Positions 7,049 through 18,098 of a DNA stretch of 64,000 bases are shown one piece after another. Under the pieces are notes generated by a model. It saw nothing but the letters and a program-made list of their open reading frames with translations. It was not told where the DNA came from and did no database searches. Both the position numbers and the translations under genes were made by a program. Positions within the stretch are counted from its first letter, which is position 1; every line of letters begins with the position of its first letter. The DNA comes from a virus: positions 49,468-113,467 of IMG/VR virus record IMGVR_UViG_3300012685_000001; one strand, 5' to 3'.

Positions 7049-7277
7049 GATGTTCTCTATTCTTCAGATCATTGAGAAGAGAAATCTTTTCATCAGTAAT
7101 TCTTTTAATAGTATCTTTCAGATAAGTTACTGACTCTTCCAGATCAGAAACATATTCTTGAGCACCAGAAGAAGCCAGAGAAACTAGCTTATCCAGTACT
7201 CTTCTGTCTTGTTCTGTTTCTGAATCAAGAATCTCTGTTAGAGAGAAATAAATAGAATCATATAGTTCTTGATTCAT
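7038..7277 (-). CDS. hypothetical coiled-coil protein
   Basis: GGAGG RBS, overlaps neighbours. Confidence 0.7.
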   Translation of the reverse strand: MNQELYDSIYFSLTEILDSETEQDRRVLDKLVSLASSGAQEYVSDLEESVTYLKDTIKRITDEKISLLNDLKNREHLDS

Positions 7278-7470
7278 AAGAATCAGCCTCCTCTATTCTT
7301 TTTTCCATTTCTCTCTGATTATTAAGATTGTCAACCAAAGATTCAAGAACCTTACGAATATAGACTGTAATCCCTAATTCTTGGTAATCAGCTTGTTCCT
7401 TCAATATTTCTAATGTTTCCTTCTTTAATCTTAAGCTTCTGGAAACCATAGCCTTACTATCTTTGGTCAT
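7258..7470 (-). CDS. ribbon-helix-helix DNA-binding protein
   Basis: 'SRSLRLKKETLEILKEQADYQELGITVYIRKVLE' RHH pattern; start taken at MTKDSK. Confidence 0.65.
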   Translation of the reverse strand: MTKDSKAMVSRSLRLKKETLEILKEQADYQELGITVYIRKVLESLVDNLNNQREMEKRIEEADSYESRTI

Positions 7471-7958
7471 ATATTCTTCTTCCCTATATTCTTGGTATCT
7501 CTTCTTTATAGAGAGTAAGTATACAGGTTGTAGTACATATGTCAATCTCTGGTTGGATCTTCATATTCAAGCTTGGGAGTGAAACGACCAAGCTATATGG
7601 TTGACAACCACTGTTTTTAGAGATAGATATAAAGACTCTTAAGTACTTAACTGCTTTTCGATCGGTAGTGCTTCGATCATACACTACGGTTCCAAAGAAT
7701 TCAACCTGTTGTGGTTCATACCTGAAACTGGTAGAGTATTTCCTATGGGGAAACTGGTGGGGGTACTACTAGTACAGAGGTTTTAATATGAAGTTCAAAG
7801 ATATGGACATTGGTAAAGAAGGTCCCTGCATGGTACCTGGCCACAAGAAAAGTCATGTACTGACTCTGGCTTGCTGGTCAGAAATGCGCAGATTCCTTTT
7901 CGACCATAGTTTTCAGGATTTTCTGGAAAAAGTAGAGAACAAGTAGAAAGAGAAAATT

Positions 7959-8366
7959 ATGGGACATGCTGTACAGAGTTCCTACTACTCTAAACCTATA
8001 ACACGGATTCACGCTGATTTCAACGGTATCTGTGCTTTGTGCGGTGAGTATGTAGAACTTGAAGACGCGTCCCGTGACCATATTATCCCCCGTTCAGCAG
8101 GCGGGGGTAATGGTCCGGACAATATCCAATTGACACATAAGCAATGCAACAACCTGAAGGGAGATCAGCTTTATCCATCTGACTGGCAGGAACAACTTAG
8201 TCGCAATATTCCTATTCCACGCGACTACCATTGCCAATATTGTTCCAATCCGATAGTCAAGTGGCATAAGTCACAAGGCTATACAACAAAGATTTTCCAC
8301 AAGGGAAAGATCATATTCCTCCACACCTGGTGCAATGAAGGGAGATTGAAGTATGGACGCCTTTGA
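7959..8366 (+). CDS. HNH endonuclease
   Basis: CALCG..SRDHIIPRSAGG....NIQLTHKQCNNLKG. Confidence 0.9.
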   Translation: MGHAVQSSYYSKPITRIHADFNGICALCGEYVELEDASRDHIIPRSAGGGNGPDNIQLTHKQCNNLKGDQLYPSDWQEQLSRNIPIPRDYHCQYCSNPIVKWHKSQGYTTKIFHKGKIIFLHTWCNEGRLKYGRL

Positions 8367-8550
8367 AGAATTCGACAGGTTCATGTCGGAAGATCCGGAA
8401 GACAGACGAATCATGGAGAATCACGGTTTCACCTATGAAGATGATTTCAGAGATTTAACGCTGCTTTGTAGGAACGGCTGCGGACTGACTTATCTCGAAG
8501 TGGTTCAGGACAAGATTGAGAAATGCCGAGGAAAGGATGACAATGAATAA
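8353..8550 (+). CDS. hypothetical protein
   Basis: ORF with RBS overlapping the HNH stop. Confidence 0.6.
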   Translation: MDAFEEFDRFMSEDPEDRRIMENHGFTYEDDFRDLTLLCRNGCGLTYLEVVQDKIEKCRGKDDNE

Positions 8551-8781
8551 ACCAGCAATACTGCTGGACGAAGATGTTCCACAATGGAAAACTGATAGCA
8601 CTGCATTCCTGATGCAATAAGGAGAGACTGAAGTATGGAAGACTCTAAAAAAGATAAGGTCCGCAAGGGGGACCATTACTGTTCCCGTTGTGATAAATTT
8701 CTTCGTATCTGGCAGACATGCAAGCATAATCCGACAATACTGAAAAGAGACCGGATATGGTAATTTCGAAAAGTTGTCACA

Positions 8782-9423
8782 ATGTCTAGGCCTACTATTC
8801 TCCTAGACGTTGACGGGCCTCTGAATCCATGGAGTGCCCGTCATGGGCTTCCAGAGGGGTATACAGAGCATTTGATGCGTCCTAGGGGCTGGGAGACGGG
8901 TAAGCCTCTGAAAGTCCGTCTACGGGCTTCTGACGGCTTCAAACTTCAGAAGCTGGATTGTGAACTGATATGGGCTACCGCGTGGGAAGAAGAAGCCAAT
9001 AAATGGATCGGTAAAGAAATAGGTCTTCCGGAACTTCCCCATATCGACTGGACAGACAAGAATCACTGGAATATTGAACGACTCCACTGGAAAACAAAGA
9101 GAATCGTCCAGTGGATGAACGAGAACAGACCAGGAATCCCGTTTATCTGGCTCGATGACGAAGTAACAAAGCGAGATCGTCTCTGGATTGCTGATTCTTG
9201 CGCAAAAGGAAGCACTATTTTGCTGATTAATCCAAAAACAGGGCTGGAAGACGAATATTTCGAAAGAATTAAGGCATGGAAGAACTATATGGTTCTAGAA
9301 AATCTTAGAAAAACTATAGAAACTATTCCGGACGGGCGTAAAGAAGAGATTCGTAAGGATATAAGAACTTTTCACGATAAGCATGGGAGACCTGGCGATG
9401 AAGTTAACAGCAAGAACCCCTGA
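8782..9423 (+). CDS. HAD-family phosphatase (Swiss-army-knife RNA-repair type)
   Basis: ILLDVDGPLNP, 'IWATAW', 'FIWLDD', 'INPKTGL'. Confidence 0.85.
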   Translation: MSRPTILLDVDGPLNPWSARHGLPEGYTEHLMRPRGWETGKPLKVRLRASDGFKLQKLDCELIWATAWEEEANKWIGKEIGLPELPHIDWTDKNHWNIERLHWKTKRIVQWMNENRPGIPFIWLDDEVTKRDRLWIADSCAKGSTILLINPKTGLEDEYFERIKAWKNYMVLENLRKTIETIPDGRKEEIRKDIRTFHDKHGRPGDEVNSKNP

Positions 9424-9741
9424 ACTGCTGGAATATGCGTTCAAACTGTTCAAGATTCCCGCCCAGATCAGAGATCTACCCAAAAATAGTCTCTACAAGG
9501 TTCTTTTGGACTATGGAATTCAAGCAGATCCTGAGGTAATCGACGAATGGAAAGACAGTGCTTGCTAAGCGATTGATCGAAATTCTAAGTAAGTTCCCTG
9601 ATTACAGGGTCCAGATAGAGACAGAGACACTTATTACGGACATTGACAGAGTCGAAGTGGATTGTTTCGACAGAGATGACAGTTTTGTATTTGTTATTGT
9701 CCCCGATTTTGAGGCCTGATGAACAGGAACAGGGAAATAGA

Positions 9742-10002
9742 GTGAATTACGGGGAAGAATACGATCTTACTGTCTATATGGATGGTATAGATGTGAAAGA
9801 TGTAGCTGCTGCGGCCAGAAGACTCGATGCTACATCTTTCTTCAGAAATCAGATGTCTCATGAAAAGTTCCAGAAGAGTATTCAGAGAACTGATGAAGAA
9901 CTCTTCGCCGAAAGAGAGAAATTCCGTATTCAGGAAGAAAAAGAACGTAAAGAACTAGCAGTTCAGAAACTATTGGCAATCAGAGATTCCTGGGGGCAGT
10001 AA
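9742..10002 (+). CDS. hypothetical protein
   Basis: 3' part of the 119-aa ORF; GTG start inferred. Confidence 0.55.
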   Translation: MNYGEEYDLTVYMDGIDVKDVAAAARRLDATSFFRNQMSHEKFQKSIQRTDEELFAEREKFRIQEEKERKELAVQKLLAIRDSWGQ

Positions 10003-10165
10003 GTGGCTAAGCGTGAATGGGAACCAGTAGAAGAACTTCCGGACGGTAAGTGTATTGCTTACAACAACAGAACAAAGCGCTGGTACCTCTACAACAAGCG
10101 AAGCGTACTCATTACATCCAACAGAAAGAAGCAAGTACTACTGGACTGGAAAGAAGGAGAATAAC

Positions 10166-10729
10166 TTGAACATTTACTACGACTGCGAATTCCTGGAAGA
10201 CGGAAATACTATCCGGTTAATCAGTATAGGAATGATCAGGGAAGACGGTACGAAGTTATACAGAATTGTCGAAGACAACCAGTTGATGGTTGATGTATGG
10301 CATCACGACTGGCTGAGAGAAAATGTTGCACCTTCTCTTCCTGTATCCGCAGAATACGAGATGCACGACCTTGACGGTACGTACAAGCCTCTAGTAGTGT
10401 GGGAGACGGCACATCCGGACTACAAATATGTAGCACCAAGAGAGAAGATCAGAGAAGACATAAAGAGATTTGTACTCGATACACCAGATCCACATCTATG
10501 GGCTTACTATTCCGCATACGATCATGTAACTCTCTGCCAGTTGTTCGGCCGCATGATCGATCTTCCCACAGGCTTTCCCATGTACACCAATGATCTGAAG
10601 CAAGAAGTGGTAAGACTGGGTAATCCGCAGCTTCCCCAGCAGAAATCGGGGGAACACAATGCATTGGAGGACGCTTTGTGGAACAAGGAAGTAATGGAAT
10701 ATCTCCTGAGTTATCAGGACAAGTGGTAG
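10166..10729 (+). CDS. DEDD 3'-5' exoribonuclease (Rv2179c/RNase AS-like)
   Basis: IYYDCEF..LISIGM, 'AYYSAYDHV.LCQLFG.M..LP', 'HNALEDA'; AAGGAG RBS before TTG 10166. Confidence 0.88.
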   Translation: MNIYYDCEFLEDGNTIRLISIGMIREDGTKLYRIVEDNQLMVDVWHHDWLRENVAPSLPVSAEYEMHDLDGTYKPLVVWETAHPDYKYVAPREKIREDIKRFVLDTPDPHLWAYYSAYDHVTLCQLFGRMIDLPTGFPMYTNDLKQEVVRLGNPQLPQQKSGEHNALEDALWNKEVMEYLLSYQDKW

Positions 10730-11355
10730 AGACAACAGGAATAAAAATGAAGAATGTAAGACCCATAACCATACCGGACAAGTCAGTGAGAAAATGTCCC
10801 AAGTGTACTCTGAGAACTTCTCTTCTACGATGTCCCACCATTGCCTGCAAAGGCGTACAGACAATAATCGATGATGGTTCCATAGCGAAACGATAAGAGA
10901 AAATGTCCAGACCAGCAACAGATCCAAAGAATCCTGTCTACATATGCAGAAAATGCAAGGCTGAAAGCACCAACCCCAATAGATGTCCCAGACAGGAATG
11001 CCCAGGGGAAATGACCAGAGCAGAAGACTACAAGTAACGGAGGATTACAAGTAATGGGAAAAATGGGGGCAGTAACAGTAGTCTGTACCAACTGTGGATA
11101 TCAGGCAGCAACTTCAAAACCGAAGAATGCTCTGAAGGACAAACCCTGTCCGATGTTCCGCTGTAACGGTACGATGAAAGACATGGAACAGTGACCATAC
11201 AATATGATGACGACAGCCAGGACAAAGCTTCAGTGTATGTGAACGGCTATGCAATTTCCTACCACTATCCGAACTGGAAAGCTGTGAAGAAGGGAATAGT
11301 TCACTTCTATCATAAGAAGAAGGACAAAGTAATCAAGTGGGCCGAGGCCAACTAG

Positions 11356-11400
11356 AAAAAAAGGACCCTAATCTCTTCTTTGAGAAAAGGGTCCTTTTTT
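11356..11400. terminator. bidirectional intrinsic terminator
   Basis: A7-GGACCCT..AGGGTCC-T6 between convergent genes. Confidence 0.8.
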
Positions 11401-11416
11401 AACACCAAACTTTAAA

Positions 11417-11608
11417 TTACTTCTTGACAATAATCACAGGATAAAATTTTGCGCCCTTCTTACGGACACCAGTACTCACATCATGACCAAGTCCTCTCAG
11501 TTTCATAAGCATACCGTTGTCCTTCTTACGAAAAGCCATAATCTCTTTCCATGCATCTTCTTCCCTAATATGACCAGGGCTGTCCAGCCAGGTAATTTCT
11601 TCAGTCAT
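11417..11608 (-). CDS. hypothetical protein
   Basis: ORF ending at the terminator. Confidence 0.55.
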   Translation of the reverse strand: MTEEITWLDSPGHIREEDAWKEIMAFRKKDNGMLMKLRGLGHDVSTGVRKKGAKFYPVIIVKK

Positions 11609-12092
11609 TACTGGATACTAACAGATACCTATTAAAAAGTAAAGTACTTGATTCAATATAAATAGATACTGTACACAGAAAAGAATGCATATTCATAAAT
11701 CAAACTAGGGCTGCCCCTTTCCTACACATATGTCCTTAAAGGTGGGGGTGTCCATATATATAGCCCTGATGTCCCTTGTGTGCTATCCATCCTGTATGTC
11801 CGAATTGGCCTTGATGAGCATGATAAGGTGTATGTCCTATGCCTCCTGGTATGCCTATTATGCAATAGTTACAGAGAGTTTGTATCATATTAACTGCTAT
11901 TGTCCTATATCACAATGTGTAATGGCTGATTACTCTAAATCAACAGTGAATTGGATACATGTATTCAGGAATTGGGAATATGAATGGATTATGAATAGCC
12001 TGGTATAAGAGGGAATTCGATATCAGAGTAGTTGATATTGTATTGAGGGGCTCTATATGCCTGTGTAAGGGTATAAGAGCCCCTCAGTGTGC

Positions 12093-12566
12093 TTAGACCC
12101 CAGTGAGGTAGTCAAAGGCTCTTAGACAGGCATATGGGCTGTCTCTCAGGTAGCCTAAAGCTGTGTTGCACAGTCGGCAGAGCAGTCCTCTTACACACTT
12201 GCCACAGGATTGTTTATCAGCACAGCATGAATGATCGTGGTCTATGTGCGGTGGGCTGTTCTTAGTGAACGGCTCATTACATATAGGGCATGCATAGTTA
12301 CATGTATCCAGCATAAGCAGATAGTCATACCAGGTGAGGTTATACAGTGTGTTTAGTCTATGCGTCTTGGCTATGAATGACTGCTCCCGTTTCTCATTCT
12401 TTCCGCGCACCATTTTTGGGGGAGTAATAGGCATTGGTATTGGAGTTGTTGATATATCCCGTGTACATCTGTATTCAGCATCCCTCTTTATGACGGTGAC
12501 AATGCCATTACACGCTAAGCAATAGCCTTGCATTGTTTTCTTTGAGTAATTACGTAGTATGTGCAT
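12093..12566 (-). CDS. endonuclease VII-like HNH nuclease
   Basis: 'YNLT..DY..ML..C...CPIC..HIDHDH..CGKCVRGLLC..CN..LG'. Confidence 0.88.
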   Translation of the reverse strand: MHILRNYSKKTMQGYCLACNGIVTVIKRDAEYRCTRDISTTPIPMPITPPKMVRGKNEKREQSFIAKTHRLNTLYNLTWYDYLLMLDTCNYACPICNEPFTKNSPPHIDHDHSCCADKQSCGKCVRGLLCRLCNTALGYLRDSPYACLRAFDYLTGV

Positions 12567-12973
12567 GGAGTTAACCTACCATCTGTCAAGAGCTATGACC
12601 AAACCTTTGTAATCTGATCCCCCATCATATGTCACTCTCTGTAAAATCGCTCTCTAAGGGCCTGCCAGGAAGAGAGTGGAGTAAGGAGACCATGACTATG
12701 ATCAAAAGCTGTTAGACGGGCCTCTATGGCTTTCTCTCTTATACTATCCAGTACTCTTGACATCCTTTGGACTATCTGCTTCCCCAAAATTTCCTTGCGA
12801 AATGGATCTTCCCTGGTGAGAGTGATGTGTCCTGGTGTGTCCATTATGGGTATACGTCTTGGTCTTGATTGGGCAAAGACTTGGTCACGATCATGAGTGT
12901 GATGGATGAAAAGGCCTGGTCATGGGGGAGAATCCTCCCAACGCACACATGAGACACGACAGAGGAGCACATC

Positions 12974-14296
12974 ATGAGCACTGTCTACATCCTCAGCACG
13001 AACGGCATCGAGTCACAGCGCTTCACCTCTAAGGCGAAGGCGATCACGGAAGCTGAGATGATCAGCAAGGTTGCTGAGGAGCGCAATGTGGGTGATGTCA
13101 TCACTGTCACTACTCAGAAGACGGGCAAGGTCGTCTACACCTACACGAATGAGATCGACTTCTCTCTTCCCGCGCCGACCATTGAGATCCAGGGTGAGTA
13201 CGTGGAAGCGGAAGACGCTCATGGTCACATCGCGGAGCAGACGGCATGGATGACCCAGGAAGGTGTCTGTGTGGGCCTGTGTGCCGTTGGCACGGGTTGC
13301 ATGCACTGTGATGAGCAGTACGGAGAGATCGAGCCTGAGACAGACGCTGAGAGCCTTTCAGAGGTAATCCAGCGCGTTGAGACTGTCTGTGTCATTCAGA
13401 ACATTCCTGGCACCAATGGGAACATGCACTACCACACTCCAGGATGCCGTGACATTCAGCGCGAGATGAAGCGTCATGGACAGCAGAAGGACGATGCCTT
13501 CGGGGGAAGGTTCAATTCCATTGCCGATATCCTCGCGCACGAATACGGGGACGTCTGCAATGACGATGCCTATGACATGGTGTGCGAGGCGAATTCGGAA
13601 TGGTTCGGTGTTCGTGTCATGCCGTGCCTTTCCATTTCTTTCGGTGAATTGAATTCCCGCCCGCTTTCTTTCGTGAATGGCATGTGGGTATTGGGAGACG
13701 CTCCTGAGACCCTTGTGGAGGATGACCAGACGTCCTATGAGGTTCCCTCCCACACCCGCTACCCGCACGGTCGTAAGGGCCCTGAGGACACCACTGCTGA
13801 GACTGAGGTGTTCGAGCCTGGCACGCGTGTGATCAGCAAGGTCACAGGGGAGCGTGGAACAGTGGTCCAGCCCTACATGACTGGCGTGATCTACGGCATC
13901 GGTGAGCGTATGAGTGCCGTCACCCTGGAAATGGACAATGGCTCTCTCCAGTCGGCATTGATTGGGGATCTGATGCTGAATTTCGCTTGCAAGGGTGAGG
14001 ACGGAAAGGCCGTTCACATTGCGCCCTGCACAGAGGCCACAGGTGAGGATGGTGCGTGCTGTGCCCTTGAGGATGACGGAACAGACCTTGACGTCACCAT
14101 GATCGAGATGGAGTTCCACCTGAGTGTTGAGGTGGAGACGGGTGTCACTGTGGATCTCGGATGGCACACCTTCGATGTTCCTGCCACCTGGAACGGCGAC
14201 TTGATCGCTGATCTCTATGGTGCTCGCCACGGTTCGGGCAATCCCAAGGATGGTTGGTCCTCCATCATCCAAGTCATTGACTTCGCTGCCCTCTAG
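12974..14296 (+). CDS. acidic Cys-rich early protein, unknown function
   Basis: GAGGAG RBS, host-like codon bias, 440 aa. Confidence 0.8.
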   Translation: MSTVYILSTNGIESQRFTSKAKAITEAEMISKVAEERNVGDVITVTTQKTGKVVYTYTNEIDFSLPAPTIEIQGEYVEAEDAHGHIAEQTAWMTQEGVCVGLCAVGTGCMHCDEQYGEIEPETDAESLSEVIQRVETVCVIQNIPGTNGNMHYHTPGCRDIQREMKRHGQQKDDAFGGRFNSIADILAHEYGDVCNDDAYDMVCEANSEWFGVRVMPCLSISFGELNSRPLSFVNGMWVLGDAPETLVEDDQTSYEVPSHTRYPHGRKGPEDTTAETEVFEPGTRVISKVTGERGTVVQPYMTGVIYGIGERMSAVTLEMDNGSLQSALIGDLMLNFACKGEDGKAVHIAPCTEATGEDGACCALEDDGTDLDVTMIEMEFHLSVEVETGVTVDLGWHTFDVPATWNGDLIADLYGARHGSGNPKDGWSSIIQVIDFAAL

Positions 14297-14390
14297 AAAG
14301 CCCTGTAGGGCACCTAGGACGCTCTTACAGACTCTAGGTGCCTCCCTGGTCCACTCCACCCGAACGATCTCGTTAGAACGCCACTGAGAG
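14293..14390 (+). repeat. intergenic repeat (copies at 15784-15870 and, inverted, ~23664-23710)
   Basis: CTAGAAAGC..TAG.GG..CCTAGGA + hairpin + GAACGATCTC.T.AGA shared. Confidence 0.7.
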
Positions 14391-14599
14391 GTTTTCTCAT
14401 GAACATCACAACAGGCGCCCGACTTCATGGCTCAGTGCGTCACGTCATCGTCAACGCTCAGGTCACTGCCTGTGGGCGTGTGGTCATTGTGGGCATGGGT
14501 AAGGGGTTCAGGTTCTGCAAGACATGTGTGCGCGTCAACAGTGAGGCACGCAAACTCAATGACGCTGTCCGTAAAGCAGTACGTGAGGAGCGTATGCAG

Positions 14600-15787
14600 A
14601 TGAGCACGGAACTTCCCGCTGAGGAATTCAGCACCTGGGAATGGAGTCTTTCGGAAGAAGAGTGGACATTGACTCTTGAGAAGATTGACAAGATCAATCA
14701 GCGTTGTGCCAAGCGCGGTGTTCCTGGTGGACTCAACGTTGAATGGACCCGTGAAATCGAAGAGGTCAACAACTTCGGAGTCAAGATCGAAAAGATCAGC
14801 TATTTGACCAGGATCACAGGTGTTGCCCCCAAGCTTCCCGGCTGGTCATTCATTGCCACACTGGACTATGACCAGCATGCGGGCCTGATTGTCCGTGGCT
14901 ATCCCGGAGCAACTCCTGTGGACCGTACAGAGCTTCGTGAAGGCTGGTGCGACCACTGCCAGACCAACCGCATGCGTACGGTCACCTATGTCATGCGCAA
15001 TGACGAGACGGGTGAACAAGTCCAGGTCGGTTCTTCCTGCATAAAGGATTTCACAGGCTGGACTGCGCTCCCTTACATGAGTGCCGACAAGGATGTCTCT
15101 GAGTTTTCAGGTGGCTTTGGCGGCGCTCCCAAGGATGTCACTGTCCTGAGTGCTCTGGCCATCTCATGGGCATGTGTCACTGAATACGGATTCAAGCGGT
15201 CGAATGAGGCAGGCGCAACAAAGGGAATGGTCATGGATGTCATCGACCCTCCCAAGCCTTCAAAGAACAATGCGGATTACCTCGCTGAATTGCAGCGCAT
15301 TTCCAAGCACTCTGAGGAAATGTACATAAAGGCTGAGGAATTGCGGCAATTCATTCTCTCCGACAATTTCTCCGGCTACAGTGACTACGTCGTCAACATG
15401 AAAGCCATTGTGGACACAAAGAAGGTTTCATTCCGTAACCTGGGACTGCTGGCAAGTGCTCCTCAGGCTTGGGCACGATTCCTTGAGAAGACGTTCATTC
15501 AGAAGGTGGAGAAGCAGGAATCCCCCAGTAAGCACGTGGGCAGCATCAAAGAGCGTATGACTCTCACACTCACCATTGAGTCCGTGACATTCATCTCTGG
15601 TGACTATGGAGTTTCCAGCCTTTACCGCATGAGCGACGCGGAAGGGAATGTATTCAAGTGGTTCTCATCAAATGGCATTCTCGATGAGATGATCAGCGAG
15701 ACAGTCACCATCATTGGAACTGTCAAGGCTCACGATGAATGGAAGGGTGTTCCTCAGACCTCCCTGACTCGCTGCAAGCTGGTCTAG
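14600..15787 (+). CDS. phage protein with Zn motif and C-terminal OB-like domain
   Basis: CDHC..R.R, 'QVGSSCIKDF', C-terminal 'GNVFKWFSS..GTVKAH.EW.G..QT.LTRCK'; GAGGAG RBS. Confidence 0.75.
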   Translation: MSTELPAEEFSTWEWSLSEEEWTLTLEKIDKINQRCAKRGVPGGLNVEWTREIEEVNNFGVKIEKISYLTRITGVAPKLPGWSFIATLDYDQHAGLIVRGYPGATPVDRTELREGWCDHCQTNRMRTVTYVMRNDETGEQVQVGSSCIKDFTGWTALPYMSADKDVSEFSGGFGGAPKDVTVLSALAISWACVTEYGFKRSNEAGATKGMVMDVIDPPKPSKNNADYLAELQRISKHSEEMYIKAEELRQFILSDNFSGYSDYVVNMKAIVDTKKVSFRNLGLLASAPQAWARFLEKTFIQKVEKQESPSKHVGSIKERMTLTLTIESVTFISGDYGVSSLYRMSDAEGNVFKWFSSNGILDEMISETVTIIGTVKAHDEWKGVPQTSLTRCKLV

Positions 15788-15871
15788 AAAGCTCTAGAGG
15801 GTGCCTAGGAGTAGTCTTGGGCACCCTTTCCCCACTGACCCTGAACGATCTCTTCAGAGAGGCACACAGCG

Positions 15872-16171
15872 ATGCAGCAAGCACTGTTCGAGCTAGAGCA
15901 CGTCCATCAGTACGAGACATTCCACGGGCCTATCAAGACTCAGAATGTGATCCAACTCATTACAGGCACTAAATGGTGCTGGACATGCATTTCATGGGTT
16001 AGGCCTGATCCTGAAGAAATGGCAGCACATTTGGCACGGAGAATTAAAGCGGGTGATGAATATCGCAGTAATGCAATAGTTATTTACTGTGCGCGATTCA
16101 AGACAACATTCCATGAAGCGCTATTGGCTATTGATATCGCTATCGGAAATCTGAATGAAGGAGTCAAGTAA
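15872..16171 (+). CDS. hypothetical protein
   Basis: GAGG RBS, 99 aa. Confidence 0.65.
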   Translation: MQQALFELEHVHQYETFHGPIKTQNVIQLITGTKWCWTCISWVRPDPEEMAAHLARRIKAGDEYRSNAIVIYCARFKTTFHEALLAIDIAIGNLNEGVK

Positions 16172-16301
16172 TGTGTTTTCCCCATAAATGGTCCAAGTGG
16201 ACCAAGTTGTTTCCCTCACTGGGCAGTGGTTCTATTTTCCAGACCAGGCGCTGTCTGAAGTGTGATCTCCGTGAGGAGAAGATAATTGTTCCCAAGAAGG
16301 G

Positions 16302-16330
16302 TTGACATAACCTCACGCATTTGATAGTGT
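16302..16330 (+). promoter_or_regulatory. sigma70/HrdB-type early promoter
   Basis: TTGACA-N17-TAGTGT. Confidence 0.7.
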
Positions 16331-16685
16331 CCTGTACGTCGAAGCGCTACCGTAAATTCTTATACGGCTCTTGACCAGACATAGGTATATATGAAATTAC
16401 CCTGTCTGGTCAAGAGCTTCGCTCTCTCCCTGAGACAGATAAGTAAACAGGTTTCTCCCATAAATACAAGAATATATCTGAATAGCTAAACCAGGTATAT
16501 TCCTCCTTATGAATAAGAACAAATATCAATTGAGAAATAAAGGTAATTATGGATAAACCTAAAAGATGTAGATCTGTTCGCTTTGTCAGATGGATTCCTA
16601 AAAGATGTATGTATACCTCTGGCCATAAACATTTACATTATGGTTCTGGTGGTTTCTTCTGGAAAGTAATAATTAAGGAGATGTA

Positions 16686-17003
16686 ATGCTAGGTTTCATA
16701 GTCTTTCTCTTCCTTATTGGCACAGGATGCTGTATATATGGACTTATTCGGGGGACAATTAGATTGAGGGTTGGAGAGAACAAAGCAAGGATAACTAATT
16801 TCTGGTCAATGCTTGGTTGGTCTTCTAACCTCATAGGTTCTATACTTCAACATTCCTCATTCGCTTATGTAGCTGCCTTTTTCTTGGCAGGCAGTATCTA
16901 CTTCTGGTGGAATTCAGGTGGTGGAGATGGTATGAAGACCAAGATCAAGAACTTCGTACAAAAGATAACTCCTCAACCCCTTGTGCTGGCTAGAATCAGT
17001 TGA
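16686..17003 (+). CDS. membrane protein
   Basis: AAGGAG RBS; 2-3 TM segments. Confidence 0.75.
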   Translation: MLGFIVFLFLIGTGCCIYGLIRGTIRLRVGENKARITNFWSMLGWSSNLIGSILQHSSFAYVAAFFLAGSIYFWWNSGGGDGMKTKIKNFVQKITPQPLVLARIS

Positions 17004-17221
17004 TAGATTCCTTCTAGGAGGTAAGACAATGTCATCTATCAACTCTCTTGGTGAGACACCTGTACCTGTGATCCTGACAAGAGATCAGGTTCGTCTGATT
17101 CGTGGCATGATTGCCACAACTGCCATTCAGGGTGAATTGATTCCCTGTTTCCGGGAATTGAAGGACATTCTTGACCTGGCAGAAACTCAAGCCACCATTT
17201 CTCAGGTAAAAAGGTAGGACG

Positions 17222-17449
17222 ATGAAGATTGAGGTAGAAGACCTGGACAAGATCATCAGTGTCACAGGTGCTGAGGATTCTTCTGGACTCCGTATGGTTC
17301 TGGCAAGATATCTGATTAACATTTATGATCGTGGAATGGACGAAGGTCTTATGAATCGAGTTGATGATTCAAAGATTTCTGGAGAGTGCCCTTATGCTCA
17401 GTCTCATACTCGGGACTGGTGCGACTATTCAGGATGCAGGGAGAGCTGA
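17222..17449 (+). CDS. hypothetical protein
   Basis: ORF in early operon; C-terminal C-H-C-C. Confidence 0.65.
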   Translation: MKIEVEDLDKIISVTGAEDSSGLRMVLARYLINIYDRGMDEGLMNRVDDSKISGECPYAQSHTRDWCDYSGCRES

Positions 17450-17646
17450 GATGGCTGGCAGACCTAAGGACATCTGGCTTGCTCTGGTAGGACGTACAGG
17501 GCTTACAATGCTCCGTGAGGGCATGAGGATTCAGGTACGTCTCTCCCTTCCCAAATTTCCTGGCAGAGATGTACACATGAATCTGACTGTTGCAGAAGCC
17601 CGTAAATGGGCAGACGCACTGAATCATTACGCAGACAAGGTGGAGA

Positions 17647-17973
17647 ATGAGTATCGCGAATCCTGACCGTACTCAGGCAGAGATCTGTGTTGACTGCGGG
17701 GGAAATACAGCAATTGAATACGAGCGCCATATTTCCAGGTGTTTGGAATGTCCGGACGATCACGGTGAATGCGTCCATGAGGTCACAGAAGCCGTTCTAA
17801 CGCCCTCTGAGCCATCGGAGGCACAGGAACCTACCTACGACCTTACGGGGCTGTCAGAGAGGGATCTCCGTGCCCTCTTGAACATGCTGAACAATGTCTC
17901 TCCCTACGTAGGGCTGGACTACAAAGTACTTGGCAGGATTCAGGGACATGTGTACAACCTGATTCCTGACTAA
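17647..17973 (+). CDS. hypothetical Zn-binding protein
   Basis: CVDC..H..RCLEC. Confidence 0.6.
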   Translation: MSIANPDRTQAEICVDCGGNTAIEYERHISRCLECPDDHGECVHEVTEAVLTPSEPSEAQEPTYDLTGLSERDLRALLNMLNNVSPYVGLDYKVLGRIQGHVYNLIPD

Positions 17974-18098
17974 ATGATCAAGGGAGTCCCATGTCAGAGA
18001 TGATGTGGGACTTTTCTTGTGTCTGGGGTTGCGCTCAGGGTTCAGGGTGTGTAGTGTTCTGGTTGTCAGCAAGGAACACCGCAGACAAAGAGGCAGAG

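Noticed and set aside
11730-12008. 92-aa plus-strand ORF
   Set aside because: Atypical composition and no RBS; the region looks non-coding
13358-14428. 356-aa minus-strand ORF and similar long antisense ORFs (22469-23218, 51066-51659)
   Set aside because: Shadows of codon-biased genes on the opposite strand; no RBS or motifs
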